A DNA stretch of 32,497 nt from a virus (lineage: Duplodnaviria; Caudoviricetes): the IMG/VR virus record IMGVR_UViG_3300020045_002760, positions 1 to 32,497 of that record; one strand, 5' to 3'. Positions 9,680 to 18,750 of this stretch are shown here, one piece after another. Within the stretch, counting starts at the first letter, position 1, and each line of letters opens with the position of its first letter. Position numbers and translations under genes: made by a program. Below the pieces are notes generated by a model. That model was not told the DNA's origin, searched no databases, and saw only the letters and a program-made list of their open reading frames with translations.

Positions 9680-10246
9680 ATGGCAATAGATCCAAATTTA
9701 ATAACTACCCAACGAGTCGGAGAGCTACCAGTCAATACATTGTCTTTGACTAGTAAAATACCGCATGAGGTCGGTACTGTTTTGTCGCAAGCAACTATTC
9801 AAGATTTGGTTACTTTTCTACAGCCTTATATGAATGCTTTTCAGTTTGAAAAAAAGATATTGGTAGTTGACGCACAATACATAATTGATAATTTTGATGA
9901 AACAGGATTAGGAAAAAATATTTGTATTGGGTGGGCAATTATGAATGGACAAAACGGCACTGATAACGTTGACGGTATGATGTCTATAGCTTACGGAGCA
10001 ACTAGAAATGTTATAGGATTAACAGGCGGAAGTCCTGACGCTGTAGTAGTAGCTCACACTCATACATCATTAGGGAATACAAATTTAAATTTTGGCACTG
10101 GAGATGGAATATCAAGACAAAGAGCAGGAGTTATTTCTGGAGGTGTTGGAGATAACGTAAATGTTACCGTTAATTCTACGGGAGTTTCTGGAGCAGGGAA
10201 AAACATGCCTCCATTTGTTGTTGACTTACATATAATGAAATTATGA
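9680..10246 (+). CDS. tail fibre/baseplate protein (collar-like domain)
   Basis: GWAIMNGQNGT, GGSPDAVVVAHTH and NMPPFVV..HIMKL motifs. Confidence 0.7.
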   Translation: MAIDPNLITTQRVGELPVNTLSLTSKIPHEVGTVLSQATIQDLVTFLQPYMNAFQFEKKILVVDAQYIIDNFDETGLGKNICIGWAIMNGQNGTDNVDGMMSIAYGATRNVIGLTGGSPDAVVVAHTHTSLGNTNLNFGTGDGISRQRAGVISGGVGDNVNVTVNSTGVSGAGKNMPPFVVDLHIMKL

Positions 10247-10938
10247 TAGATCCATTAGAAATAACAACAGTAAGAGTAGGTCAGCTACCTAATGAGCCCT
10301 TCGGATTAACCGATAAAATACCGCATGAAATAGGTAGCGACTTAAAACAAGGCACGGTACAAGGATTAGCCGATACAATAGGTGCTTATTTAGGTACTAC
10401 TGATTCTTTAGCTTTTAATCCAACAACTGTAACGGACGGACAGACTTTGCCAGCAACTACTTCGAACGAATGGATGTTAGTAGGCAAAGGTACGTTCTAC
10501 AATGTGAATGGTGGGGCAACTATTGTTACAACTGAGGAATTGAATGCGCTTACTTCAAATAGCCTTTATTGGAGTCTATCTGTAGAAATACCAATAGATG
10601 TAGAATTGGCGGGAATTGTTCAAACAATAAGAAGTGGATTTACAACGACCACGCCAAGTGAGGACGCTGTTTTTAATGCTTTAGCTTTAAAAGCTAATTC
10701 ATCAGAAATGCATTATCCCGTATCTATTATTGATTATCCTTTATTAGTTATTGCTACTTCAAATTTTACTATTCCAGTTGACAGAACAGCAATAATGCTG
10801 TATTCAAATCAAGCTCCTAATTACCCATTATCAAGCAATAATACAACTAAAAATTATACATTCACTCAGTCAGGAACAACTGTGACAACTAAAAATCCAA
10901 TTCCTATTGGTGCTTTGGTTACAATATTATTACAATAA
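10243..10938 (+). CDS. tail fibre-associated structural protein
   Basis: N-terminus paralogous to the 9680 protein; PSEDAVFNAL motif. Confidence 0.6.
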   Translation: MIDPLEITTVRVGQLPNEPFGLTDKIPHEIGSDLKQGTVQGLADTIGAYLGTTDSLAFNPTTVTDGQTLPATTSNEWMLVGKGTFYNVNGGATIVTTEELNALTSNSLYWSLSVEIPIDVELAGIVQTIRSGFTTTTPSEDAVFNALALKANSSEMHYPVSIIDYPLLVIATSNFTIPVDRTAIMLYSNQAPNYPLSSNNTTKNYTFTQSGTTVTTKNPIPIGALVTILLQ

Positions 10939-10950
10939 AAAAACAAAAAC

Positions 10951-12873
10951 ATGAAAAAAATACTCTTTTTATTATTACTGCCATTTTGGGTAACGGCTCA
11001 AGTCTCTAACGGAACTGAGACAGAATTTGAAGCTTTGAAAACAACGAATAGCCAAACAGTAACAAATGGTACTCATTCTGCTACAATGGGGACGGATGGC
11101 ACTATAGGAAAGTCATTACTGAAGGACTTGCCCGTGGACTTGTCGCCCTTGCCGTTAAACTACACTATAGCAGATCAGAAACTAGGATCACACTTAACAG
11201 GAATCGACAACAAACTAGGTACAATAGTAGCAACAACAGCAGGAATAAGTACCCGTGTATGGTTTACTGCAGACCCTACAACAATTACAGCAGGGACTTT
11301 TTATTTAACCAACGCAACAGGTAAAGGAACAATAGCAAGCGCAATTCAAAGCGTTATTAATGACGACAACCAAAAGAAGTATTACCCTCAGGACTTAATA
11401 GGCAATGCTTTTGCCACAGCTACGTTATTTCCAGTTGGTGTATATGCGGGTAATCTATCGGCTAGCACAACTCCAAACTCGGCTCAACAAAGATGGACGG
11501 TTGAACTTTACAAATGTGATACAAATGGCACACCTATAGCTTCAGGAATTACAGGCGCTCCTGTTGGTAGTTTAGGCGTTACGGTTATTACTATTTTAGA
11601 CAGCGGACTATTAACTTTAGCAGATGGTAGCGTTACAAATATTCAAGTATCAGGAAATTTAGTGAGTCCATTATCGGTGGCGGTTGGTGAAAGAATAAGA
11701 TATCATGTATCTGCTGAAAAAGTAGGTACGACGGCTTCTAATATTACTCAAAGCGTTTACTATGGAACTTCGTATAATTCTTATTTAGACGTTCCAATAC
11801 CTTTAAATACTACAGCGGTATCCAATTTAAGCGGAGTTGTTGGGGCGACAACTACAGACGCTTTGAATAGTTTGAATGCTTCAATTCCAATAAACTATTC
11901 GAAAATTGTTTACGTAAACGACGTTAATCCAAACAGTGCAACTATATTTGATTTAGAAAATCCTCCAGTTACAAATGATAATGCCTTAAAAACAGATGTA
12001 AATAATCTGTATGTTGGAACTGATGCAAGTGGTTGGGTATATAATAGCACATCTTTAACTTATGTTACAAAATCTGTAACCTCAATAACATCAAACTTTT
12101 ATCTATCAGGAACTACTTCTGATGCGGGGACTACGAAAACAGCTCCAATATACAGAAATGGAGGTTTAAGTATAGGTGCTGATACACCAATAGGGAAATT
12201 TAATGTGTTTACTGGAACAAGCACGGACACCGCTAATATATCTGGTCAAATGTCAGGAAGTATTTCATTTTCTAATTCTGGTAGCGTTTCTGCTGTACCT
12301 TCTATAATTGGAAAATCAAACGATTCTTCAGGTTTGAAATTAGGGTCAGGCACAAATGACGGAAATATAAGCTCTGATATTCTTTTTGATATTAGAGAAA
12401 ACGACAACACTGAATTCGCAACACTTACATCTGTTGGGTTTCGATTTAGAAGATTTAATTCCGTTCTTGTAGATATATATAGAAATGGAGTTTTATCAGT
12501 TAAAAATCTATCAGGATCAGACGACAGGGCAGTAGTCGCAAGCTCTAACGGGGATTTAAAAACCGTTCCTTATATTATAACAATTACTACATCAACAAGT
12601 ATCACTACAGCCACAGCAGATTCAAATAGCGTAGGGCAAAACGGTAAACATGTTATAATTAACAACGGAGTTAACGCTATAAACTTAACTTGTAATGGAG
12701 GCGTAACAACTTCTTATGGCAAAGTAGGCACTGGTGCAATTACATTCGTTCAAGGCTCGGGACGTACTTTGGTGCAATTAACAGGAACGTCTATTTTGAA
12801 CGGAATTGCAGGGAGCGAAGCTAAACTATGGAGTAATGGTACTACTGACTATTTAACAATTATAAACTACTAG
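10951..12873 (+). CDS. putative tail fibre/receptor-binding protein with a Sec signal peptide
   Basis: 640 aa, Thr/Ser/Gly-rich; N-terminal MKKILFLLLLPFWVTAQ. Confidence 0.6.
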   Translation: MKKILFLLLLPFWVTAQVSNGTETEFEALKTTNSQTVTNGTHSATMGTDGTIGKSLLKDLPVDLSPLPLNYTIADQKLGSHLTGIDNKLGTIVATTAGISTRVWFTADPTTITAGTFYLTNATGKGTIASAIQSVINDDNQKKYYPQDLIGNAFATATLFPVGVYAGNLSASTTPNSAQQRWTVELYKCDTNGTPIASGITGAPVGSLGVTVITILDSGLLTLADGSVTNIQVSGNLVSPLSVAVGERIRYHVSAEKVGTTASNITQSVYYGTSYNSYLDVPIPLNTTAVSNLSGVVGATTTDALNSLNASIPINYSKIVYVNDVNPNSATIFDLENPPVTNDNALKTDVNNLYVGTDASGWVYNSTSLTYVTKSVTSITSNFYLSGTTSDAGTTKTAPIYRNGGLSIGADTPIGKFNVFTGTSTDTANISGQMSGSISFSNSGSVSAVPSIIGKSNDSSGLKLGSGTNDGNISSDILFDIRENDNTEFATLTSVGFRFRRFNSVLVDIYRNGVLSVKNLSGSDDRAVVASSNGDLKTVPYIITITTSTSITTATADSNSVGQNGKHVIINNGVNAINLTCNGGVTTSYGKVGTGAITFVQGSGRTLVQLTGTSILNGIAGSEAKLWSNGTTDYLTIINY

Positions 12874-12876
12874 ATT

Positions 12877-13548
12877 ATGAAATCGCTATTTTTATTTTTA
12901 CTAATACCATATTTATCCATAGCTCAATTTAACCCTATTTTTTCCGGGTCATCTGATAGATTTTTAAGGCTTACACAAGAATTTGATAACCCATATTGGA
13001 GAACTGATGCGCACCCAACAGACAACTCCCCAGCGGTTAATGCGAATATTGCAACCTCCCCAGACGGTAGCATGACAGCAGACAGGCTTTATACTACGGC
13101 AAATTTTACATGCTCTTTATATGAAAATTCAATTTATATAAAATCAGGAGAAAGATACACTATGTCTATTTATATAAAAGCTGGAGTTTCTGGTTTTTTT
13201 CAAATATATGGTAGGACAGGAAGATTTGGTACATTAATATATGCTAATTTTGATTTAGTTAATGGTATTGTAACACTAAAAGGTTCTGGGGCTTTGGCAA
13301 CAATGCAACTTGACAATAATGGTTGGTACAGGTGCGCTATCTCAGGTGTAGCAACGGCAAGAGGTGTAGGCGCAATGGCTATAGGTGTTGTCGCAAATTC
13401 AACATCTGGCAGGCAAGGAGTGGCTTCTTTAGGAGATGAGTGCTATATATGGGGTGCAAAAATAGAAAAAGGAGGAACGGCAACAAATTATAAAAACGAA
13501 TTTACACAAGTTACTTATACAGGTGCTTCACCTATAACACCAATATAA
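12877..13548 (+). CDS. carbohydrate-binding/spike-fibre-like domain protein with a signal peptide
   Basis: SPDGSMTAD, YTMSIYIKAG, NGWYRC and YIWGAKIEKG..AT.Y motifs; N-terminal MKSLFLFLLIPYLSIAQ. Confidence 0.6.
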   Translation: MKSLFLFLLIPYLSIAQFNPIFSGSSDRFLRLTQEFDNPYWRTDAHPTDNSPAVNANIATSPDGSMTADRLYTTANFTCSLYENSIYIKSGERYTMSIYIKAGVSGFFQIYGRTGRFGTLIYANFDLVNGIVTLKGSGALATMQLDNNGWYRCAISGVATARGVGAMAIGVVANSTSGRQGVASLGDECYIWGAKIEKGGTATNYKNEFTQVTYTGASPITPI

Positions 13549-13558
13549 TTTTTAAGAT

Positions 13559-13921
13559 ATGCTAAAACGAAAAACAAAAACAGAATTTACAGCCCCTACC
13601 GATAGAGGTACAGTACAAACTACAATAAGATTTATTATTGACGGGTTATTTATTGATCAAAATAATATTACTCCGGAAGGGTATTATTATTGGTATGATG
13701 AGGACGGTAAAATGTATCAACGCCACATAAAAGACATTACTCTTTTGGAAACTGTAAAACAATTAGAAGACAATAGTGTTGTTCCATTATTGAACTCTAA
13801 TATTAATATTTACGACAATGTAATACAAAGACTTGGAGAGCTTACACACTTGCAAATGACAGCAGAAGAAAAGGAAAACTTTGGAACTTTAGCGAGTGAT
13901 TGGGTAGAAGACAACGATTAA
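13559..13921 (+). CDS. hypothetical protein (possible fibre-associated)
   Basis: Clean ORF at the end of the tail module. Confidence 0.6.
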   Translation: MLKRKTKTEFTAPTDRGTVQTTIRFIIDGLFIDQNNITPEGYYYWYDEDGKMYQRHIKDITLLETVKQLEDNSVVPLLNSNINIYDNVIQRLGELTHLQMTAEEKENFGTLASDWVEDND

Positions 13922-13938
13922 TTTAAAACAAATATAAT

Positions 13939-14178
13939 ATGAAAAATTGGCAAACAACTTTAGGCAGTATAATGACCGCAATTTCTTTAGTTCCTTCTGG
14001 ACTAGCTCAATTAGGAATTACAGAAATGCCAGAGCCATTACAAAAAATTGGTTTGGTATGCGCTTTTATATCCTTTATATGGACAGGGCTAAAAACAAAA
14101 GATCACAATGTTACTGGTGGTAATAAGTTTGCGGACGATATAGTTGGAGACAGACCACCTAAAGACGGCGGCAGATAA
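13939..14178 (+). CDS. holin-like membrane protein
   Basis: MKNWQTT start, two TM segments, KD.NVTGG motif, in the lysis module. Confidence 0.65.
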   Translation: MKNWQTTLGSIMTAISLVPSGLAQLGITEMPEPLQKIGLVCAFISFIWTGLKTKDHNVTGGNKFADDIVGDRPPKDGGR

Positions 14179-14486
14179 TGAAATCTATTCTTTGGCTAGG
14201 AATGGCTGTATGTTTTTCATACGGCTTTTTCTGGCGAGATATGTTTGAGGACGGATTTTTTTTATTTCAAGCCGTTTCATTCTTTTTATTATCTTTATAC
14301 TTGATTTTAAATGATAGGAATAGCTTTATATGTTATTTGTGGGCATGTTATTCGTTTAACAATTTGGTAGACGAATTAATTGGAACGCCTACAGAAGTGA
14401 ATATAAACGAGAAAATAATTATAGTACTAACGCCTCTAGTATGGGTAATAATAAGAATTTGGAGCAATGACAGACAAAGTATCTGA
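14178..14486 (+). CDS. multi-TM membrane protein (lysis module)
   Basis: About 4 hydrophobic segments; overlaps neighbouring genes. Confidence 0.6.
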   Translation: MKSILWLGMAVCFSYGFFWRDMFEDGFFLFQAVSFFLLSLYLILNDRNSFICYLWACYSFNNLVDELIGTPTEVNINEKIIIVLTPLVWVIIRIWSNDRQSI

Positions 14487-14823
14487 AGAACTGATCAGTT
14501 TTTTTATAAAATTCATTATAATTCCGCTTTTGGCAGTTGGTGTAAAATTATCGGTAGCGAGTATGGGAGGGGGAAAAATTTCAAAACTAAATGTCGCATT
14601 GTCTTTCTTTGTGGGAGTAGCTATACCTTTGATATTAAAGGACGTTATAGAATACTACACTCCTAAAAATTTAATAACTGCGGTTATTGGTGTTATAGCT
14701 ATTCTTAGCGACAAGATAGCGGAATCAGTAATTAAAAGAGTGAAGATTGATTTGATTATATCATCATTAACAAATAACTTAATTACTTTTATTATAAGTG
14801 TATTTAAACCAAATCAAAAATGA
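14467..14823 (+). CDS. holin-like membrane protein
   Basis: Three TM segments, upstream of the endolysin. Confidence 0.6.
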   Translation: MTDKVSEELISFFIKFIIIPLLAVGVKLSVASMGGGKISKLNVALSFFVGVAIPLILKDVIEYYTPKNLITAVIGVIAILSDKIAESVIKRVKIDLIISSLTNNLITFIISVFKPNQK

Positions 14824-15086
14824 TCCTAACAATAATAGAAATACTTTCAATTTGTTTATTTGCGTGGTATGTAAATACATTCGTGATTAATGGAGTAGAT
14901 AAGCAATTGATCTTTGTAAAAACAATATCTTTGATACTTTGTGTTTCTATATTTTCAATTATAATATTTAAAATAGCTTATCCAAAAGAAGTAAATAATA
15001 AAAACATTGAATTGATTTTGGGATTAGTAAGAGACATGACATTTATTGTAATTGGGTATTTATTTACTAAAAAAGAGGAGAAATGA
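14820..15086 (+). CDS. membrane protein (lysis module)
   Basis: Three TM segments, ends IGYLFTKKEEK, overlaps the endolysin start. Confidence 0.6.
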   Translation: MILTIIEILSICLFAWYVNTFVINGVDKQLIFVKTISLILCVSIFSIIIFKIAYPKEVNNKNIELILGLVRDMTFIVIGYLFTKKEEK

Positions 15087-15634
15087 ATCTACACGAAAAA
15101 TATAATACACTATTCAATAACTACGGGATAACAAGTGCATTAAGAACGGCTCATTTCTTTGCTCAAATTGAACACGAAAGCGGATTAAAGCCTATTACAG
15201 AGAATTTGAATTATAGCGTGGAAGGATTGATTAAAATATTTCCTAAATACTTTGATGAGGTAACAGCTAAAATATACGCTAGAAACCCAGAAAAAATAGC
15301 AAATAGGGTTTATGCTAATAGAATGGGTAACGGCAACGAGGTAAGCGGTGAGGGGTGGAAATACAGAGGGAGAGGGTTTTTACAAATAACCGGAAAAGAA
15401 AACTATTTCAGATTAGCAAACGACACCGATATAGATTGCTTAAAAAATCCTGATTTACTACTTGAAGAAGCAAACGCAATGATTAGTGCTTTATGGTTTT
15501 GGAATAAAAACGGGTTGAATAAGTACGCTGATACAGACGATATAACAACCATTACAAAGCTAATTAACGGAGGGTTGAACGGAATTGAACACAGAAAAGA
15601 GCTATTATTAAAATATAAAGCAGAATTAAAATAA
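15083..15634 (+). CDS. endolysin, glycoside hydrolase family 19
   Basis: AHFFAQIEHES, ENLNYS, YRGRGFLQITGKENY and INGGLNG motifs. Confidence 0.92.
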   Translation: MNLHEKYNTLFNNYGITSALRTAHFFAQIEHESGLKPITENLNYSVEGLIKIFPKYFDEVTAKIYARNPEKIANRVYANRMGNGNEVSGEGWKYRGRGFLQITGKENYFRLANDTDIDCLKNPDLLLEEANAMISALWFWNKNGLNKYADTDDITTITKLINGGLNGIEHRKELLLKYKAELK

Positions 15635-15676
15635 GCTAGTTCGCTATTTTAAAAAACACCTAAAAACTATAATAAC

Positions 15677-15847
15677 ATGAAAGAATCACACAAATTACCT
15701 CCAATAGTAGGTCAAGTAGTAGATGACTTAGCAAAGAAGTATTCAGAAAGCCCAGCAACAACAAATGCAGGCGTTATTTTGCGTTTTATTGCAAGATTTG
15801 TAACTTTGGATACTTTGATAAAATTAGTCGCTCACAAAGCAAAATAA
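15677..15847 (+). CDS. small hypothetical protein (56 aa, not in ORF track)
   Basis: MKESHKLPPIVGQVVDDLAKKYSESPATTNAG... with an A-rich start context. Confidence 0.55.
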   Translation: MKESHKLPPIVGQVVDDLAKKYSESPATTNAGVILRFIARFVTLDTLIKLVAHKAK

Positions 15848-15855
15848 ATTTAAAC

Positions 15856-15927
15856 AGCGCTTTGGTGAAGTTGGTATCCCGTTAGCCTCATAAGCTAGAG
15901 TCACAGGTTCGATTCCTGTTCGCGCAA
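15856..15927 (+). tRNA. tRNA-Met(CAT)-like, degenerate
   Basis: T-arm ACAGG-TTCGATT-CCTGT, anticodon arm TTAGC-CTCATAA-GCTAG, D-loop TTGGTA. Three mismatches in the acceptor stem and no encoded CCA. Confidence 0.7.
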
Positions 15928-15958
15928 TAAAGCTTTCTTTCATAATTGGTTATTTTTT

Positions 15959-15987
15959 GCCTCTCAGTAAAATGAGGGGCTTTTTTT
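15959..15987 (+). terminator. intrinsic terminator ending the late operon
   Basis: GCCTCTCA-GTAAAA-TGAGGGGC followed by T7. Confidence 0.85.
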
Positions 15988-16025
15988 GTGGGGTGAAAAA
16001 TAATTTGAAAATAACGATAAAAATA

Positions 16026-16057
16026 TTTGCAACAATAAAATATTTGTTATAGATTTG
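16026..16057 (+). promoter_or_regulatory. Bacteroidota sigma70-type promoter (-33 TTTG / -7 TAGATTTG)
   Basis: 20-nt spacer; overlaps the direct repeat AAAATATTTG at 16020 and 16037. Confidence 0.6.
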
Positions 16058-16078
16058 TTTAACATTAAATCATAAGAG

Positions 16079-16357
16079 ATGAAATACACTTTAATAAAAC
16101 ACGTGATCGAAGCTAAAGAGCCTTTGCTTGGAAAATCAAAAAAGATTTTTAGATTACTTCTAAAAGATCAGCAAAGAGAAATTTTTGATATTATACCAAT
16201 AGGAGAGAAAAACGCTGTGTCTTGTAACTTTATAAAAACACAAACGGGAATTCCGACAAAAAACATAACAAGCCAAATTAAACAATTGTCTATAAACTAT
16301 CCAATTGGTGTTTTAGAAATAAATAGGGGTAAAAATAAATACTATAAAAAAGAATAG
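16079..16357 (+). CDS. putative winged-helix DNA-binding protein
   Basis: REIFDIIPIGEKNAVS...TGIPTKNITSQIKQL...YPIG resembles a wHTH; basic. Confidence 0.5.
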   Translation: MKYTLIKHVIEAKEPLLGKSKKIFRLLLKDQQREIFDIIPIGEKNAVSCNFIKTQTGIPTKNITSQIKQLSINYPIGVLEINRGKNKYYKKE

Positions 16358-16359
16358 TT

Positions 16360-16557
16360 ATGAAAAATTATTTAATAGCTTTTATAATAACTTATATTAT
16401 CAACGTAATTGGAATAGGAATAATTATTTATTTCAATATGTTTAAATTTGAATCTTTTATTATGGGCGCTTTTTTAATGGCTCAAACAATTAAGATTTCA
16501 GAATACATACACAGCTCAAAAACAGAATCGGAAAAACTTAAAAACGGGGAGAAATGA
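16360..16557 (+). CDS. small membrane protein
   Basis: Two hydrophobic segments. Confidence 0.55.
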   Translation: MKNYLIAFIITYIINVIGIGIIIYFNMFKFESFIMGAFLMAQTIKISEYIHSSKTESEKLKNGEK

Positions 16558-16727
16558 AACCGCCAAACGTACCATGTCCGCCACGAAATCCGCATTGTCA
16601 TGGAGCAATAGACGACCTCCCAATCGATAATCCATTCTTTATAACAATAATTATCGTCTTAATAACAATTTATGCGGGTTGGTGGCTGAGTATAAATGTT
16701 CGCCTTATGAATGAGGTAAATAATTAA
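16554..16727 (+). CDS. 57-aa Pro-rich/TM peptide with an LPID motif (not in ORF track)
   Basis: MKPPNVPCPPRNPHCHGAIDDLPIDNPFFITIIIVLITIYAGWWL...; its stop TAA is part of the TAAC at the array's left end. Confidence 0.55.
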   Translation: MKPPNVPCPPRNPHCHGAIDDLPIDNPFFITIIIVLITIYAGWWLSINVRLMNEVNN

Positions 16728-16850
16728 CGTTGAGCATTGTTGCAGTAGCGTACTGACACAAGACAATGCAACGGACAAACATTAATAAAAACAAGAATTA
16801 CTAATCATTAAATTAAGCAAAAATCTAGCTATAAGTACAATATATTGTTG
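16725..16850. repeat. cassette site S1 (degenerate stem)
   Basis: TAAC gttga gcATTGTtgcagTAGC ... GCTAtaagtACAAT atatt GTTG; left arm similar to S6. Confidence 0.7.
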
Positions 16851-16878
16851 TAGGTAGGTTTTTTAAACATCACGGAAT

Positions 16879-17109
16879 ATGAAAACATCATTAGAAAAAG
16901 CACGAGAATTATATGATAAATTCGATGAGTTACTTCCATGCGAAGGAACAACTACAGGGGATACACCAATTGAATGTGCTATTATTGTTATTGACGAAAT
17001 AGATTCTATTTATCAAAAACTAACTCCAAAAGACGATCCTTATCGTTATTTGATAGAATTAGAATACTGGCAAGATGTGAAAGAAAAATTGAAGAAAATA
17101 TGTGCGTAA
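16879..17109 (+). CDS. cassette 1: hypothetical phage protein
   Basis: KARELYDKF...CAIIVIDEI...YWQDVKE. Flanked by IRs at 16847-16861 and 17130-17144. Confidence 0.75.
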   Translation: MKTSLEKARELYDKFDELLPCEGTTTGDTPIECAIIVIDEIDSIYQKLTPKDDPYRYLIELEYWQDVKEKLKKICA

Positions 17110-17140
17110 CTTTGGCTACAAAGTTGAGCAAACTTACCTA

Positions 17141-17265
17141 CAACGTTTTGACGCTTGGTGCGGTTGGGGCTAAAAAAGCCAAATTAATAACTATAAAAAT
17201 AATCATTATGATACAAGACAATAATAAAATTCAAGACGATGCCCAATCGCTCCAAATGGCTGTTA
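17141..17265. repeat. cassette site S2
   Basis: CAAC gtttt GACGCTTGGTGCGGTTGGG ... CCCAATCGCTCCAAATGGC t GTTA. Confidence 0.8.
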
Positions 17266-17804
17266 TGCACAGTGCATTTACGCATTTGATGTTAGATATT
17301 GAAACAATGGGGAATAAGTCAAATTCTGCAATAATAAGTATTGGAGCAGTTGAATTTGATATTAATACTGGTAAAACTGGAAAGGATTTTTACAGGAACG
17401 TATCATTAAAATCGTCAATAGATTTAGGTTTAAATATCGATGCTGATACTGTTATGTGGTGGATGAATCAAAGTGATGATGCTCGTAAAAGTTTAACTAA
17501 CGAAAAAGCAATTTCAATAAATCAGGCACTTGTTGATTTTAGAGAATTTTGTAATAAAGAATATCAAATTTGGGGCAATTCCGCAAGGTTTGATTTAGGA
17601 TTAATGCAAGATGCTTATAATAAAGCAAACATCGATATTCCTTGGGATTTTAGAAAAGAAAGATGTGTTAGAACTTTGGTAAGTTTCAATCCTGAAATAA
17701 AGAAAAATTTAGACTTTAAAGGAACTGCACACAATGCTTTATCTGATTGTTATCATCAAATTGAATATTGTCGTTTAACGTGGTCATCTTTGCATTGTGC
17801 ATAA
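17208..17804 (+). CDS. cassette 2: DEDDh 3'-5' exonuclease/exoribonuclease
   Basis: HLMLDIETMG, WGNSARFDL and HNALSDC motifs. Start placed at ATG 17208 (A-rich context) rather than 17100. Confidence 0.85.
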   Translation: MIQDNNKIQDDAQSLQMAVMHSAFTHLMLDIETMGNKSNSAIISIGAVEFDINTGKTGKDFYRNVSLKSSIDLGLNIDADTVMWWMNQSDDARKSLTNEKAISINQALVDFREFCNKEYQIWGNSARFDLGLMQDAYNKANIDIPWDFRKERCVRTLVSFNPEIKKNLDFKGTAHNALSDCYHQIEYCRLTWSSLHCA

Positions 17805-17930
17805 CGTTATTCGGCTTTGTCTGGTGCCGAAAATTCAAGACAAAACATAAAAGTACACGATAATTTTTAAATTAAAAAACAATGAGTAAAGACACAAAAC
17901 CAAGTAAGGCATTAGTCAAAACCGATGTTA
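17802..17930. repeat. cassette site S3
   Basis: TAAC gttat TCGGCTTTGTCTGGTGCC ... GGCATTAGTCAAAACCGA t GTTA. Confidence 0.8.
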
Positions 17931-18325
17931 TAGGAAGCCAAGATGAAGCCGATTTTTATCCTTGGAGTTCTCAGGAAGAAAAGGATTTTGAGTATTCAAT
18001 AATGGATGAATGTTATGCCGAAGAAAGAAAGTTCGATGAAAACAACAAAAGAATATCGGATAGGATATTGAAAATACTAAAAGCTGTAAAAAGCGAAGAA
18101 TGGTATTCTGAATTAATGGAATATTCAAAAGAAGCTGAAACTCATAATCCATTTTCTATTGTTAGAAAACCTAAAGGGCAATTTCAGGAAGAAGATGAAT
18201 TTAAATTACTAGGTGGTGTATGGGTCGAGCAATCTAGTTCTTATCCTTGTGAAGATTGTTATTATGGAACAGTAACCGTTAAAATAGACGAAAAACGTTA
18301 TTTAGAAATGCCATTCGCTTGTTAG
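17882..18325 (+). CDS. cassette 3: acidic hypothetical protein
   Basis: 147-aa ORF; IRs at 17927-17941 and 18340-18354. Confidence 0.75.
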   Translation: MSKDTKPSKALVKTDVIGSQDEADFYPWSSQEEKDFEYSIMDECYAEERKFDENNKRISDRILKILKAVKSEEWYSELMEYSKEAETHNPFSIVRKPKGQFQEEDEFKLLGGVWVEQSSSYPCEDCYYGTVTVKIDEKRYLEMPFAC

Positions 18326-18350
18326 CCGATAGTTGTGTATTGGTTTCCTA

Positions 18351-18480
18351 TAACGGATTGTTGCTATAAGAGGATTTTCGGATGAGTACAAAACCAACTT
18401 TCCGCTTTGCCAAATCACCACAAATACAGACTAATAAAACGATTAATCACTATGCCTAAAATCTCTTATAGCAACTGTTA
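18351..18480. repeat. cassette site S4
   Basis: TAAC ggatt GTTGCTATAAGAGgATTTT ... AAAATCTCTTATAGCAAC t GTTA, with one bulged G. Confidence 0.85.
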
Positions 18481-18513
18481 TCAGGAGTACGATAATTTAA
18501 AACTAAATATGTT

Positions 18514-18741
18514 ATGAAAATAAAAGACACAGAATATGGATTTTCAATTTTTCCTAGTTATGGAAAAGTACAAGCTGAAATATATAGGGTTTCAGAATTT
18601 AAAGATGGATTTAAAATGAATATAAGATTACTAGACAAAGAATTTGGCTCAATGTGGAGAACTCCAAATGAAGAAGATTATAAAAAAGCTAGAGAATGGG
18701 CTGACTTACAAATGAAAGGTATCTTAGATGCAAACTCGTAG
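18514..18741 (+). CDS. cassette 4: hypothetical protein
   Basis: 75-aa ORF; IRs at 18477-18490 and 18741-18754. Confidence 0.7.
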   Translation: MKIKDTEYGFSIFPSYGKVQAEIYRVSEFKDGFKMNIRLLDKEFGSMWRTPNEEDYKKAREWADLQMKGILDANS

Positions 18742-18750
18742 TATTCCTGA

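Noticed and set aside
10951-13921. Diversity-generating retroelement targeting the fibre genes
   Set aside because: No reverse transcriptase and no TR/VR repeat pair seen.
17108-17125. Small hairpin AACTTTG-GCTA-CAAAGTT after the cassette 1 stop
   Set aside because: No U-tail and not clearly repeated in the other units.
17100-17207. N-terminal extension of the exonuclease in the ORF track
   Set aside because: It runs through the previous cassette's IR and hairpin arm. ATG 17208 has the proper A-rich context.
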